Origin: Anaerohalosphaeraceae bacterium
GTDB taxonomy: Bacteria; Planctomycetota; Phycisphaerae; Sedimentisphaerales; Anaerohalosphaeraceae
Direction: 5' to 3'
Assembly: GCA_963675525.2 (NCBI GenBank)
Contig: CAXXSL010000001.1
Span: forward strand, 274,755 to 338,754
Length of the DNA stretch: 64,000 nt
Under the pieces are notes generated by a model, which was given only the letters and a program-made list of their open reading frames with translations, searched no databases and had not been told where the DNA came from. Made by a program: the position numbers and the translations under genes. Shown here piece by piece: positions 39,098 through 49,788 of the stretch (the first letter of the stretch is position 1; each line of letters starts with the position of its first letter).

Positions 39098-39178
39098 GGC
39101 GATTTCGATAAAGTTGGTTAAAGAATGGTATGGGCAGTGAGCCCATGTGGAAATGCTGTGAAAGGAAGATGTTAAGGT

Positions 39179-39445
39179 ATGCTGACAAAAGAACTAAAAC
39201 AAAAGGTCATCACTGATTATAAGATGAATGACAATGATACAGGGTCGCCGGAAGTACAGATCGCGATCCTGACAACCCGTATCAATGAGTTGACTGAACA
39301 CCTGAAAACACACAAAAAGGATCATTCCTCACGAAGAGGGCTGCTTAAAATGGTTGGAAATCGTTCTTCTTTGCTGAAATATGTAAAGAATAAGGATATC
39401 AACCGTTACCGCGAGATTATTTCCAGGCTAGGTCTGCGTAAGTAG
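39179..39445 (+). CDS. rpsO: 30S ribosomal protein S15
   Basis: [34 protein letters not shown]. Confidence 0.98.
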   Translation: MLTKELKQKVITDYKMNDNDTGSPEVQIAILTTRINELTEHLKTHKKDHSSRRGLLKMVGNRSSLLKYVKNKDINRYREIISRLGLRK

Positions 39446-39539
39446 CTTTATTTTCAATATGTTACACCCCCAACTGCAAGGGCTGGATATTTTCCGCAAT
39501 GAACGGTAGGGGATACTGATATTTAAATAGAAAAGAAAA

Positions 39540-41729
39540 GTGGACATGTTTAATATACAAAGAGTAGAAAAGACGATTTGCGGCAAGACGATCAGTCTTG
39601 AAACCGGCCGGATCGCACGACAGGCTCATGGTGCCGTGGTGGCACAAATGGGCGAAACGATGGTACTTGTAGCGGCTGTAACCGCACCGCCGCGATTCGA
39701 AGATATTGATTATTTCCCGTTGAGTGTCGATTACCGCGAGAAATACAGTGCCGCGGGCAAGTTCCCCGGCGGCTTCATGAAACGTGAAGGACGACCGACC
39801 ACCAAGGAAATTTTGACCGCCCGCATGATTGACCGTCCGATCCGGCCGCTGTTTCCGGATGGATATTTCAACGAAGTGCAGATCATGGCATCTGTCATCA
39901 GTGCGGACAAAGACAATGACCCCGATGTGCTGGCGATGATTGCCGCCAGTGCGGCGCTGTCGATCAGCAAGATACCGTTCCTCGGCCCGCTGGGTGCGGT
40001 TCGCCTGGCCCGCGTGGATGGGAAAAATATCATGTTCCCGACCTATGCGGAACGCGACAAGAGCGAACTGAATGTGATCCTCGGCGGCCGCAAAGACGCG
40101 ATCAATATGATCGAGGTTGATGCCAAAGAGGTTCCTGAAGACATTACAGCTAATGCGATCAAAGAGGCCCATGGTGTTATCGGGCAGGTTTGTGAGATGA
40201 TCGATGAACTGGTCGCCAAGTGCGACGTCCCGGAAAAAGAGATTCCGCTGAACGAGTTGGACCCGGCGTTGCTCAGTCAGCTTGAAAAAGAAACATTTGG
40301 CGGTTTATACGCCGCCTATCAGGTCAAGGTCAAAGCCGAACGCAATGACGCGATCGGTCAGATCGTTGACGCTGCGAAGGCCAAGTACACCGCCGTCGCG
40401 TCCGCAGTTGCCAAGAGTACGGCTTCGGATGACGAAGGTGAAGAACCCGCCTATGAGCCTGAACATGAAACGATTAGCTGCACGTCCACGCAATTGAAGC
40501 GGATGTTTGAGATCATTCAGAAGAAGGTCGTCAAAAAACTTCTACTGGAAGGTAAGCGTCCGGACGGCCGCGGTTTTGAAGATATTCGCCAGATCGATTG
40601 CCAGGTGGGAATCCTGCCGCGTTCGCATGGGTCGGCGTTGTTTACTCGCGGGGAGACGCAGGCGATGGTTTCCTGTACGCTGGGCACCGGCCGGGATGAG
40701 CAGATCGTTGACGGTCTGGCCGAGGAAAAGGGGCAAAGCTTTATGCTGCATTATAATTTCCCGCCGTATTCGGTCGGTGAAGCACGCATGATTCGCGGAC
40801 CCGGACGTCGTGAGATCGGTCACGGAGCACTGGCGGAAAAGGCCCTGGAGCAGATCAAGCCCGAGGCTGATGTGTTTCCCTATACGATCAAGATCGTTTC
40901 GGATATTACCGAATCGAACGGTTCCAGTTCGATGGCCTCCGCTTGCGGCGGCATGCTGGCGATGATGGATGCGGGTGTTCCGGTTAAGAATATGGTGGCC
41001 GGTATTTCCGTCGGGTTGATTTCCGAAGGTGACCGTTATGAACTGTTGACGGATATCATCGGCGACGAAGACCATTTCGGTGAAATGGATTTCAAGGTGA
41101 CCGGTTCAGAAAAAGGCATTACTGCCATTCAACTGGATATCAAGGCCGAAGGCCTGCCGCATCCGATCATGGTTGAAGCCTTGGAACGGGCACGCCAGGC
41201 GCGTCTGAAGATCATGGACATCATGCGGGCGACCATTGCGAAACCGCGTGAACAACTGAGCGAACATGCTCCGAAGATCGTTTCGATCAAGATCGATCCG
41301 GAATATATCGGCAAAGTTATTGGCCCATCCGGCAAGACCATTCGGGCGATCCAGGAACAGACCGGTTCGCTGATCGAAATTGAAGAAGACGGTACGGTTT
41401 GTATCAGTTGTGTTGGCGGAAACGGCCATTTGAAGGCTCGGGATATGATCGAGTCCATGACAACCCCGCCGCAGGTAGGGCGTGTTTATCCCAATGCCAA
41501 AGTTGTTTCGGTTAAGGAGTTCGGAGCCTTTGTCGAGATTTCTCCCGGCATCGAAGGCCTGTGCCATATCAGCGAACTCAGCAATGAATACATCAAAAAT
41601 GTTGATGATGTGTGTAAAGTTGGCGATATAATCGCCGTCAAGCTTATATTGATTGACGAGCAGGGACGGTTTAAATTGAGCCGGAAAGCCGCTTTAGCGG
41701 AGATAGAAGAGCAGGAAAAAAAGGCGTAA
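39540..41729 (+). CDS. pnp: Polyribonucleotide nucleotidyltransferase
   Basis: FPLSVDYRE, RPIRPLFP, RREIGHG, ESNGSSSMAS, GEMDFKV, KH and S1 domains; follows rpsO. Confidence 0.98.
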   Translation: MDMFNIQRVEKTICGKTISLETGRIARQAHGAVVAQMGETMVLVAAVTAPPRFEDIDYFPLSVDYREKYSAAGKFPGGFMKREGRPTTKEILTARMIDRPIRPLFPDGYFNEVQIMASVISADKDNDPDVLAMIAASAALSISKIPFLGPLGAVRLARVDGKNIMFPTYAERDKSELNVILGGRKDAINMIEVDAKEVPEDITANAIKEAHGVIGQVCEMIDELVAKCDVPEKEIPLNELDPALLSQLEKETFGGLYAAYQVKVKAERNDAIGQIVDAAKAKYTAVASAVAKSTASDDEGEEPAYEPEHETISCTSTQLKRMFEIIQKKVVKKLLLEGKRPDGRGFEDIRQIDCQVGILPRSHGSALFTRGETQAMVSCTLGTGRDEQIVDGLAEEKGQSFMLHYNFPPYSVGEARMIRGPGRREIGHGALAEKALEQIKPEADVFPYTIKIVSDITESNGSSSMASACGGMLAMMDAGVPVKNMVAGISVGLISEGDRYELLTDIIGDEDHFGEMDFKVTGSEKGITAIQLDIKAEGLPHPIMVEALERARQARLKIMDIMRATIAKPREQLSEHAPKIVSIKIDPEYIGKVIGPSGKTIRAIQEQTGSLIEIEEDGTVCISCVGGNGHLKARDMIESMTTPPQVGRVYPNAKVVSVKEFGAFVEISPGIEGLCHISELSNEYIKNVDDVCKVGDIIAVKLILIDEQGRFKLSRKAALAEIEEQEKKA

Positions 41730-41883
41730 CCACCAAACGTTCAACCGAAAGGTGAAGCCGGACGTTTTGGATTAAGTGGTTAATGACAGTTAAACGGTGA
41801 CGAAACAGTTGTTTCGTAGTAGCAGTAAAAGGGTTTTGAAGCCTGGATTAATCGTGAAAGGCTTTGAAAAAATGGAGGTAGTT

Positions 41884-42153
41884 ATGGCAATTGGGAAAGT
41901 GAAGTGGTTTGACCCAAATAAAGGATTTGGATTCATTGTTAACGATGAAGGGGTCGATGTTTTTGTCCATTATACAAGCATTGAAGGGCAGGGCTTTCGG
42001 TGTTTAAAAAGCGGACAAAAAGTGACGTATCAGGAAATTGGTTCTGGCAAAGGTCTGCAGGGAAAACAGGTTTGTCTGTTTTCTGTTATGGATGAATCAT
42101 GTGATGCGGCGGACAGGCAGGAACTGGAATCTTCGCAATTAGATGCAAATTAA
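41884..42153 (+). CDS. Cold-shock domain protein
   Basis: GKVKWFDPNKGFGFI, DVFVHYTSI. Confidence 0.92.
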   Translation: MAIGKVKWFDPNKGFGFIVNDEGVDVFVHYTSIEGQGFRCLKSGQKVTYQEIGSGKGLQGKQVCLFSVMDESCDAADRQELESSQLDAN

Positions 42154-42189
42154 AGACGCCGAAATATTTTTATTAATCACATCGCGAGG

Positions 42190-43545
42190 ATGAGAAAAGA
42201 AGCTGTCATCTTGATTGTGGATTCGGACGAATCTCTACTGGAAAAACTGGCTTCGGCTTTTCAAAACAGAGGCGCCGTGGTTCATGTCGCCAGCTCGTTT
42301 CTGCAGTCCCAAAAAAAAATTGAGACTGATTCCCTTGAATTGGTCATTTGCTCTACGCATCTCGAAAAAGGAAATGACGGCATTGCCGTTCTCGCGGCCG
42401 TTCGTGAAAAAAACCCATCCATTCCGGTTATATTGACCAGTGCTGTGGCTGACATTAATGCCTGCAAAGAAGCGATCAAGCTGGGGGCCTATGATTACCT
42501 CGTTAAGCCGCTGGATATGGATGAATTGATGCGTCTTGTCCAGCACGCATTACCGGCTGTCCCTGTCGCACAGCGGTTTGAGGACTTCTTGTTCCGCGGT
42601 ATTATCAGCCGAAGCTCGGTGATGCAGACGATGTACCGAAAACTGCGGCGGGTGGCGCCGACGGACCTGGCGGTTCTCATCGAGGGCGAATCCGGCACCG
42701 GCAAGGAACTGACCGCCAAAGCGATCCATGAGAATTCCAAACGCGCCGACAAGCCGTTTTACCCCATCAATTGTGCCGGCCTGACCGAAAGCCTCCTCGA
42801 AAGCGAACTGTTCGGTCATGTTAAGGGGGCTTTTACCGGCGCCATGTCCGACCGCAAGGGTCTGTTTCAGATGGCCGACAAAGGCACCCTGTTTCTGGAT
42901 GAGATCGGTGATATGCCCCTGAATATGCAGGCCAAGCTGCTGCGGGTTCTGGAAGACGGCCTGGTGCTGCCGGTCGGGGCAAGTTCGGCTGTTCGTGTGG
43001 ATGTCCGCGTCATCAGTGCGACCAATCATGATCTGGCAAAGCTGGTGGAGGAGAAAAAATTTCGTCAGGACCTCTATTTCCGCATCAAGGGGGTCAGTGT
43101 GACACTCCCCGCCCTGCGCAATCGGCCGCAGGATATCCCGGAACTGTTCGGTTATTTCCTGAAGGAAGCCTGTGAAGAAGTCAAATCCGATATTCATCTC
43201 ATTACCGAACCGGCAATGCGGGCTTTGATGAGTTATGCCTGGCCGGGCAATATCCGTCAACTGCGAAACGTCATACGAACGATGGTGGTGATGTGTGAGG
43301 GCGACACGCTTGATCTGAAAGATCTGCCGCCGGAGATCGCACGCATCAAACAGTTGACGGCCTCCATCCTGCCCGAAGGCGGGGTGGGTTTGGATAGCAT
43401 GTTGGGAAAACCGCTGGAAGCGGTTGAAAAGGAACACATCCGCCAAACGCTGGAAATGACCGACAACAACCGCGCCGAAGCCGCGAAAATCCTCCAAATT
43501 GGCGAACGAACCCTCTACCGCAAGATCAAAGAATATGGCTTGTAG
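42190..43545 (+). CDS. Sigma54-dependent NtrC-family activator with atypical receiver domain
   Basis: [38 protein letters not shown], Fis-type HTH. Confidence 0.95.
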   Translation: MRKEAVILIVDSDESLLEKLASAFQNRGAVVHVASSFLQSQKKIETDSLELVICSTHLEKGNDGIAVLAAVREKNPSIPVILTSAVADINACKEAIKLGAYDYLVKPLDMDELMRLVQHALPAVPVAQRFEDFLFRGIISRSSVMQTMYRKLRRVAPTDLAVLIEGESGTGKELTAKAIHENSKRADKPFYPINCAGLTESLLESELFGHVKGAFTGAMSDRKGLFQMADKGTLFLDEIGDMPLNMQAKLLRVLEDGLVLPVGASSAVRVDVRVISATNHDLAKLVEEKKFRQDLYFRIKGVSVTLPALRNRPQDIPELFGYFLKEACEEVKSDIHLITEPAMRALMSYAWPGNIRQLRNVIRTMVVMCEGDTLDLKDLPPEIARIKQLTASILPEGGVGLDSMLGKPLEAVEKEHIRQTLEMTDNNRAEAAKILQIGERTLYRKIKEYGL

Positions 43546-43553
43546 TATCCATT

Positions 43554-43712
43554 TTACTGAAAGAGTTCTATAATCTCCGGGCCAGTTCCGCGGGGGGTCA
43601 ATTTACTCCGGTCGGGAATGTCCGTCCGTGCTCCTGTGTTCAGCAGCAATAGAATGACTTCTTTGTTCTCCTCATGGACGGCGACATGCAGGGAGGGGGC
43701 TGACCGTAATTG
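43554..43712 (-). pseudogene. Remnant 3' end of an ankyrin-repeat gene
   Basis: Minus strand reads LHVAVHEENKEVILLLLNTGARTDIPDRSKLTP...PEIIELFQ*, matching the C-terminus of 53078-56659. Confidence 0.8.
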
Positions 43713-43942
43713 GCGCTGGTGATTGGCTCTATCACAAATGGATACATTTGGAAAAACAGAGCATATAAACTATGTATATGACAAACTATTGCAAAAATCA
43801 AGGAAGAAACTGCTAGATTCCTGTGCTATTCTGTTGATGTTCGAAAGAACCTTAATGTTCTGTTTAGGGAATAAAATGATTCTCGGCGTACGTTATGCTG
43901 AGATATGGAGTATAAAATCAAAAAAAATTGAAAGGGTATGAT

Positions 43943-45379
43943 ATGGACAGTCTCAAACAGTTAAATCGTATCGTACTTGTAGTTCTTATGGTTTGTACAA
44001 TTGCATGTCAACAAGCGCAAGCCACGCCGGCGGCTAACTTGTTTCAGAAACCGCGTGTTATCGTCACAAGCGACGGAGAAATTGATGACCAGTGTTCCAT
44101 GATCCGGTTCCTGCTTTATGCCAATGAATGGGATATCGAAGGTATTATCACATCAAGTTCACAATATCACTGGCAGGGACACAAATGGGCCGGAGATGAC
44201 TGGATTGAACCCGATCTGGATGCGTATGCGCAGGTTTATCCAAATCTTTTGAAACATGATGCAGGGTATCCGACGCCGGAATATCTGCGGGAACGGACGC
44301 TCCTGGGGAACGTGAAGGCCGAAGGAGAGATGGAGGAAGTGACGGCGGGATCACAGCTTATCGTGAAGGTGCTGCTGGACAAGACGGACGAGCAGCCGAT
44401 ATGGCTGCAAGCGTGGGGCGGAACGAACACGATTGCGCGGGCGTTAAAGACGATCGAAGAGGAACACCCGGAGAGGATGGCGGAGGTGGCAAAGAAGATG
44501 CGGTTTTTTTTTATCTGGGAGCAGGATTCGACCTATCAGGATTACATCCGGCCGCACTGGGGCAAGTTTGAGATTCCGACGATCATTTCTGATCAATTTA
44601 TAGCGATCTTTTACCACTGGAAAAAGTATTTACCCCCAGAGCAACAGAAATACTTAGTCGGGGCGTGGATGAAACCAAACATTTTAGAGAACCACGGTCC
44701 CCTGTGTGCGTTATATAAAGCCCATGAGAACGGGGATTTCCGGTCCGAGGGCGACTCCCCTGCATTTATACATACCATCGAGACCGGATTGCGAAATATG
44801 GAGTCTCCTGGCTGGGGCGGTTGGGGTGGCCGCTACGTGAGAATTCGCGCAAACACCTGGCTCGATCCTGTTGCGGAGCCGGGCTATCAGTATCCCGAAG
44901 GGCGATGGTATACGAGATCGGCCTGGGGACGTGAACGCCTTCGTCAGGAAAAGCCGAATGACGAGGAACTTACAGCGTATCTCAAACCCATCTGGCGATG
45001 GATGGATGCCATGCAAAACGACTTTGCGTCACGGGCCGACTGGTGTGTGAAATCGTATGAGGAGGCAAATCATCCGCCGGTGGTTGTACTGGCCCATGCG
45101 GCGGACCTGAAAGTGGGGCCGGGGGCGACGGTGGAACTGAGTGTGCGGCCGACGAGCGATCCGGACGGAGATGATCTGGCGTATCGTTGGTGGCAATACG
45201 AAGAAGCGGACACCTACAAGGAAACCATTGAGATCCGGGACGCCGACAAGCAGGATGCCTCGTTCACAGTGCCCAACAATGCCGGCCAAGGAAAAACTAT
45301 CCATATTATCTGCGAGGTGACGGATACCGGTACACCGCCATTAACAAGGTATCAGCGAGTGGTTGTCGAGATTGAATAG
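43943..45379 (+). CDS. DUF1593 (Sde182 nucleoside-hydrolase-like) secreted protein 1
   Basis: RVIVTSDGEIDD, RFLLYANE, WGG, SEGDSPAF, WGGWGGRY, QNDFASRADW, NHPP; Ig-like C-terminus. Confidence 0.88.
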   Translation: MDSLKQLNRIVLVVLMVCTIACQQAQATPAANLFQKPRVIVTSDGEIDDQCSMIRFLLYANEWDIEGIITSSSQYHWQGHKWAGDDWIEPDLDAYAQVYPNLLKHDAGYPTPEYLRERTLLGNVKAEGEMEEVTAGSQLIVKVLLDKTDEQPIWLQAWGGTNTIARALKTIEEEHPERMAEVAKKMRFFFIWEQDSTYQDYIRPHWGKFEIPTIISDQFIAIFYHWKKYLPPEQQKYLVGAWMKPNILENHGPLCALYKAHENGDFRSEGDSPAFIHTIETGLRNMESPGWGGWGGRYVRIRANTWLDPVAEPGYQYPEGRWYTRSAWGRERLRQEKPNDEELTAYLKPIWRWMDAMQNDFASRADWCVKSYEEANHPPVVVLAHAADLKVGPGATVELSVRPTSDPDGDDLAYRWWQYEEADTYKETIEIRDADKQDASFTVPNNAGQGKTIHIICEVTDTGTPPLTRYQRVVVEIE

Positions 45380-45460
45380 CAATTTCTTTCTGTAGATCAA
45401 TATAAAATTCGTATTCGTTATTTCGCTTTCATGTTAAATTTTAAAATCTAAGGAAAACTC

Positions 45461-46831
45461 ATGAATCAGTACAAATCGGCATTACTTTTTCTTCTTATTT
45501 TGCTTTTTAGCACAAATCTAATCGCTCAGGAAGATGCTCCGGGCCGAATTCCCGAGTACCCTGTCCCCTATGAATACCCGACTGTTGACGGCATTAAAGA
45601 TGTTTTAAACCGTGTACGCGGCTATTATGAATCTACCAGCCCACAAAAAATTATCGATGCAGAAACAGGCGAAGAGATAACCGACTTTTCGAAATTGAAC
45701 AAGAATGCGCGGGTTTCACCCGGTTTCTCGAGCGAATGGTCCTACACCCATGGTGTTGTACTTTCAGCCTTCGCTTACATCGATGATGTGACCGGCGATA
45801 AAACATTTTTTGCCAACAATACCAGGTTTTATGATCTAGTAATCGAGACCTTGCCGTATTTCCAAAAAAATGCCAAGGCGTTTGGCAAACAATCGGATGG
45901 TTGGGGCAGAACCCCAAATTTTCACGCACTCGATGATTGCGGTTCTATCGGTGCTGCGATGATCAAAACGTATTTAAAAGACAAAAATGATGACTATCTC
46001 GAACTGATCAACATCACTGCAGATTACATTTCCAACAAACAGTTTCGCCTTGATGACGGTACCCTTGCCCGGCATCGCCCACAGTACCAATCCTTATGGG
46101 CAGACGATTTATACATGAGCGTGCCGTTTCTCGCGAACATGGGTGTACTCACCGGAGATAATAAATATTTCGATGATGCCGTTAAACAAATTTTACAAAT
46201 GGCTGACCGGCTCTATATCCCGGAAAAAGAACTATTTGACCACGGCTGGAATGTAACATCGGGTGATTATGATCCGCGCTTTTACTGGGGCCGTGCCAAC
46301 GGTTGGACGCTGATGGCGATGGCGGAACTGCTCGGCATATTGCCCGAAAATTACCCGGGCCGGGATAAAATTCTGCATTTATATCGTTCGATGATCCGCA
46401 GCCTGGCCGGCCTGCAAGACGGCACCGGTTTCTGGCACAATATGCTGGATAAAACCGATACCTATCTGGAAACATCCTGCACGGCCATGTTTACTTTTGC
46501 TGTTGCCAAAGGCATCAATGAAGGATGGATTAGCCATGTGTATGGTCCGGTGGCACTGACAGGCTGGAACGCCATCAAAACACGCGTGCTCGAAAATGGC
46601 GCTGTGGATGGCACCTGCGAAGGCACCACATTCGCGCATGACAATACGTATTACTACTATCGTGGCAAAAGCATTTATGCGACGCATGGCTATGGACCGG
46701 TGCTCTATGCCGGGGCAGAAATGATTCGCTTGCTGCAAAATGACAAAATCGATGTGCAAGCGGCCAGAATTAATTCCCGAAACAGCACCTTTCATTATCG
46801 TTTAAAAAGCGAGTGGCCTGAGAAAAAATAG
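45461..46831 (+). CDS. Glycoside hydrolase family 105/88 (unsaturated rhamnogalacturonyl hydrolase-like)
   Basis: Signal peptide; WSY..G, LDD.G, WADDLYM, WGRANGW, ETSCTAM. Confidence 0.9.
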   Translation: MNQYKSALLFLLILLFSTNLIAQEDAPGRIPEYPVPYEYPTVDGIKDVLNRVRGYYESTSPQKIIDAETGEEITDFSKLNKNARVSPGFSSEWSYTHGVVLSAFAYIDDVTGDKTFFANNTRFYDLVIETLPYFQKNAKAFGKQSDGWGRTPNFHALDDCGSIGAAMIKTYLKDKNDDYLELINITADYISNKQFRLDDGTLARHRPQYQSLWADDLYMSVPFLANMGVLTGDNKYFDDAVKQILQMADRLYIPEKELFDHGWNVTSGDYDPRFYWGRANGWTLMAMAELLGILPENYPGRDKILHLYRSMIRSLAGLQDGTGFWHNMLDKTDTYLETSCTAMFTFAVAKGINEGWISHVYGPVALTGWNAIKTRVLENGAVDGTCEGTTFAHDNTYYYYRGKSIYATHGYGPVLYAGAEMIRLLQNDKIDVQAARINSRNSTFHYRLKSEWPEKK

Positions 46832-46866
46832 CACGACTCTTTTAATTAAACAGGAGAAATGTTCCC

Positions 46867-48324
46867 ATGAGAAATTTAAGGATTTTGTCACATGTTATTG
46901 TGATTCTACTCTGCATGATTTTTACTGCCGGTTATACATTTGCCCAGAACACAAAGGTACAGGAGAAACCGCGTGTTATCGTCACAAGCGACGGCGAAAT
47001 CGACGACCAGTGTTCCATGATCCGGTTCCTGCTTTATGCCAATGAATGGGATATCGAAGGTATTATCACATCAAGTTCACAATATCACTGGCAGGGACAC
47101 AAATGGGCCGGAGATGACTGGATTGAACCCGATCTGGATGCGTATGCGCAGGTTTATCCAAATCTTTTGAAACATGATGCAGGGTATCCGACGCCGGAAT
47201 ATCTGCGGGAACGGACGCTCCTGGGGAACGTGAAGGCCGAAGGAGAGATGGAGGAAGTGACGGCGGGATCACAGCTTATCGTGAAGGTGCTGCTGGACAA
47301 GACGGACGAGCAGCCGATATGGCTGCAAGCGTGGGGCGGAACGAACACGATTGCGCGGGCGTTAAAGACGATCGAGGAGGAGCATCCGGAGAGGATAGCG
47401 CAAGTGGCAAAGAAGATCCGCTTCTTCTTTATCTGGGAGCAGGATTCGACCTATCAGGATTACATTCGGCCGCACTGGGGAAAATATAACATTCTGACGA
47501 TTATTTCTGATCAATTCGAGGCGATTGCGTATCGGTGGGATCAGATTCAGCCCAAGGAAATGCAGACGTATTTCGTCGGGGCATGGATGAAGGAAAATAT
47601 ATTAAATAACCACGGTCCGCTATGTTCGCTCTACAAGGCACATGAAAGCGGTGATAAGAAGGGGTTTGCGGAAGGTGATTTCCGGTCGGAGGGCGACTCC
47701 CCTGCATTCTTGCATACTATTGTGACGGGATTGCGCAGTACGGAGTCCCCCGACTGGGGCGGATGGGGCGGACGTTATGTGCGGGTACGGGAGAACACGT
47801 GGCTTGATCCGGTACCGGTGCCGGGGTATGTGTATCCGGAGGGACGATGGTATTCAAGCTCGGCGTGGGGGCGAAACAGCGTGCGAGAGGGGACGACGAC
47901 AACCGCCGAGCAGCGCCGGGACTATTTCAAGCCGATGTGGCGGTGGACGGATGTGCTGCAAAACGACTTTGCGTCACGGGCCGACTGGTGTGTGAAATCG
48001 TATGAGGAGGCCAATCATCCGCCGGTGGTTGAACTGGCCCATGCGGCGGACCTGAAAGTGGGGCCGGGGGCGACGGTGGAACTCAGTGCACAGGGCACGA
48101 GCGATCCGGACGGGAATGAGATGGCATATCGTTGGTGGCAATACGAAGAAGCGGACACCTACAAGGGAACCATTGAGATCCGGGATGCCGGCAAGCAGGA
48201 TGCCTCGTTTACAGTGCCTGCTGATGCTGGAAAGGGCGAGACCGTCCATATTGTCTGCGAGGTAACGGATACGGGCACGCCCCCATTAACGAGATATCAG
48301 CGGGTGGTTGTCGAGATTGAATAG
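46867..48324 (+). CDS. DUF1593 secreted protein 2
   Basis: Close paralog of 43943-45379 with the same motifs. Confidence 0.88.
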   Translation: MRNLRILSHVIVILLCMIFTAGYTFAQNTKVQEKPRVIVTSDGEIDDQCSMIRFLLYANEWDIEGIITSSSQYHWQGHKWAGDDWIEPDLDAYAQVYPNLLKHDAGYPTPEYLRERTLLGNVKAEGEMEEVTAGSQLIVKVLLDKTDEQPIWLQAWGGTNTIARALKTIEEEHPERIAQVAKKIRFFFIWEQDSTYQDYIRPHWGKYNILTIISDQFEAIAYRWDQIQPKEMQTYFVGAWMKENILNNHGPLCSLYKAHESGDKKGFAEGDFRSEGDSPAFLHTIVTGLRSTESPDWGGWGGRYVRVRENTWLDPVPVPGYVYPEGRWYSSSAWGRNSVREGTTTTAEQRRDYFKPMWRWTDVLQNDFASRADWCVKSYEEANHPPVVELAHAADLKVGPGATVELSAQGTSDPDGNEMAYRWWQYEEADTYKGTIEIRDAGKQDASFTVPADAGKGETVHIVCEVTDTGTPPLTRYQRVVVEIE

Positions 48325-48396
48325 CAATTAAAAACCTTGATTACTTTGAATCCTATTAAAAGAACATATTGGCACTCTATATGAAAGGCCTTTTTT

Positions 48397-49767
48397 ATGT
48401 ATAACTATTTTTGTAAAACAGTATTCCTGGTCATTTTCTGCTCTGCATCCAGTTTCGCTGAGAATCAGCTTGCATTCCCCGGCGCCGAAGGATACGGAAA
48501 ATATACGGTTGGAGGACGAGGCGGCCAGGTCTTCGAAGTAACGAACCTTCAAGATTCCGGCCAAGGCAGCCTTCGTGCTGCCGTTGAAGCATCAGGACCC
48601 AGGACGGTCGTTTTCAGGGTATCGGGTACGATCGATCTGAAGAGTAATTTGAGGATTTCCAATTCCCATATTACCATCGCCGGACAAACAGCGCCGGGAG
48701 ATGGTATTTGTATTAAAAGATACCCATTAATGATTAGCGCCGACGAGGTTATCATCCGGTATCTAAGAGTACGATTTGGCGATGAATCGGGTCGAGCTGA
48801 CGATGCCATATCAAGCAGGTATGTTAAGAACCTTATCCTGGACCACGTATCAGCGAGCTGGAGTGTTGACGAGACAATGTCGATTTACCATTGTGAGAAC
48901 ATCACTGTTCAGTGGTGTCTGATCTCGGAAAGCATGTTTAATTCCAAACACGGCAAAGGTTCGCATGGGTTTGGCGGCATTTGGGGCTCAAACAATAGCA
49001 GTTATCATCATAACCTGCTGGCCCATCACTCCAGCCGTAATCCCCGTTTTGCTTCGGGTTGTGGAAATACCGATTACAGAAATAACGTGCTGTACAACTG
49101 GGGGTATCGCAGTTGCTACGGGGCCGAAGCGAAACAGAAAGGAAATGAAAAATTTAATTTCTCAAATATCAATATGGTGGCCAATTATTATAAGCCGGGA
49201 CCTGCAACTGACCCCGGCAAAAAGGCCGAATTTGCGGATCCTTCATCCCGCGGTGACAACGACAAGGGCCAGTGGTATGTTGCCGATAACTTCATGGAGG
49301 GCAGCCCCTCGGTAACAGCCGACAACTGGAGTGGTGTACGCGGCAGCAGCTATATAAAACTTGATCAACCGTGGGATGCGATGCCCATTCACCAGCAAAC
49401 TGCGGGAGAAGCCTATGTTTTAGTTCTTGAAAATGCCGGCGCCACATTGCCTAAACGCGATGCGGTGGATGTACGCATTATTGACGAGGTCCGTAATGGC
49501 CATGCAACTTATGAAGGGTTAACATACAAAACAAAGAAGACGGTTGCCGATCAATCAAAAATTTGCGGTATTATTGATTCACAGAAAGACGTTGGCGGCT
49601 GGCCGGAATTGAAAAGCACACCCGCTCCCACCGATACCGACCATGACGGCATGCCGGATGAATGGGAAACCCAGAAGGGCCTTAATCCCAACGATGCGTC
49701 TGATGGGAACAAAGTGGCCGCCGACGGGTATACCATGCTGGAAAAATATCTAAACAGTATTGGATAG
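48397..49767 (+). CDS. Pectate lyase-like protein (PL1 family)
   Basis: AFPGAEGYG..TVGGRGG, IAGQTAPGDG, DHVSASWSVDE, HHNLLAHHSSRNPR, DTDHDGMPDEWE. Confidence 0.9.
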   Translation: MYNYFCKTVFLVIFCSASSFAENQLAFPGAEGYGKYTVGGRGGQVFEVTNLQDSGQGSLRAAVEASGPRTVVFRVSGTIDLKSNLRISNSHITIAGQTAPGDGICIKRYPLMISADEVIIRYLRVRFGDESGRADDAISSRYVKNLILDHVSASWSVDETMSIYHCENITVQWCLISESMFNSKHGKGSHGFGGIWGSNNSSYHHNLLAHHSSRNPRFASGCGNTDYRNNVLYNWGYRSCYGAEAKQKGNEKFNFSNINMVANYYKPGPATDPGKKAEFADPSSRGDNDKGQWYVADNFMEGSPSVTADNWSGVRGSSYIKLDQPWDAMPIHQQTAGEAYVLVLENAGATLPKRDAVDVRIIDEVRNGHATYEGLTYKTKKTVADQSKICGIIDSQKDVGGWPELKSTPAPTDTDHDGMPDEWETQKGLNPNDASDGNKVAADGYTMLEKYLNSIG

Positions 49768-49788
49768 TAATCTCCAAGGAGACGAACA

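Noticed and set aside
39098..39178. S15 autoregulatory leader RNA
   Set aside because: A small hairpin (ATGGGC/GCCCAT) is present, but I cannot match it to a defined S15 leader family without a covariance search.
42550..43497. 315-aa minus-strand ORF
   Set aside because: Antisense shadow of the sigma54 activator; no recognisable motifs.
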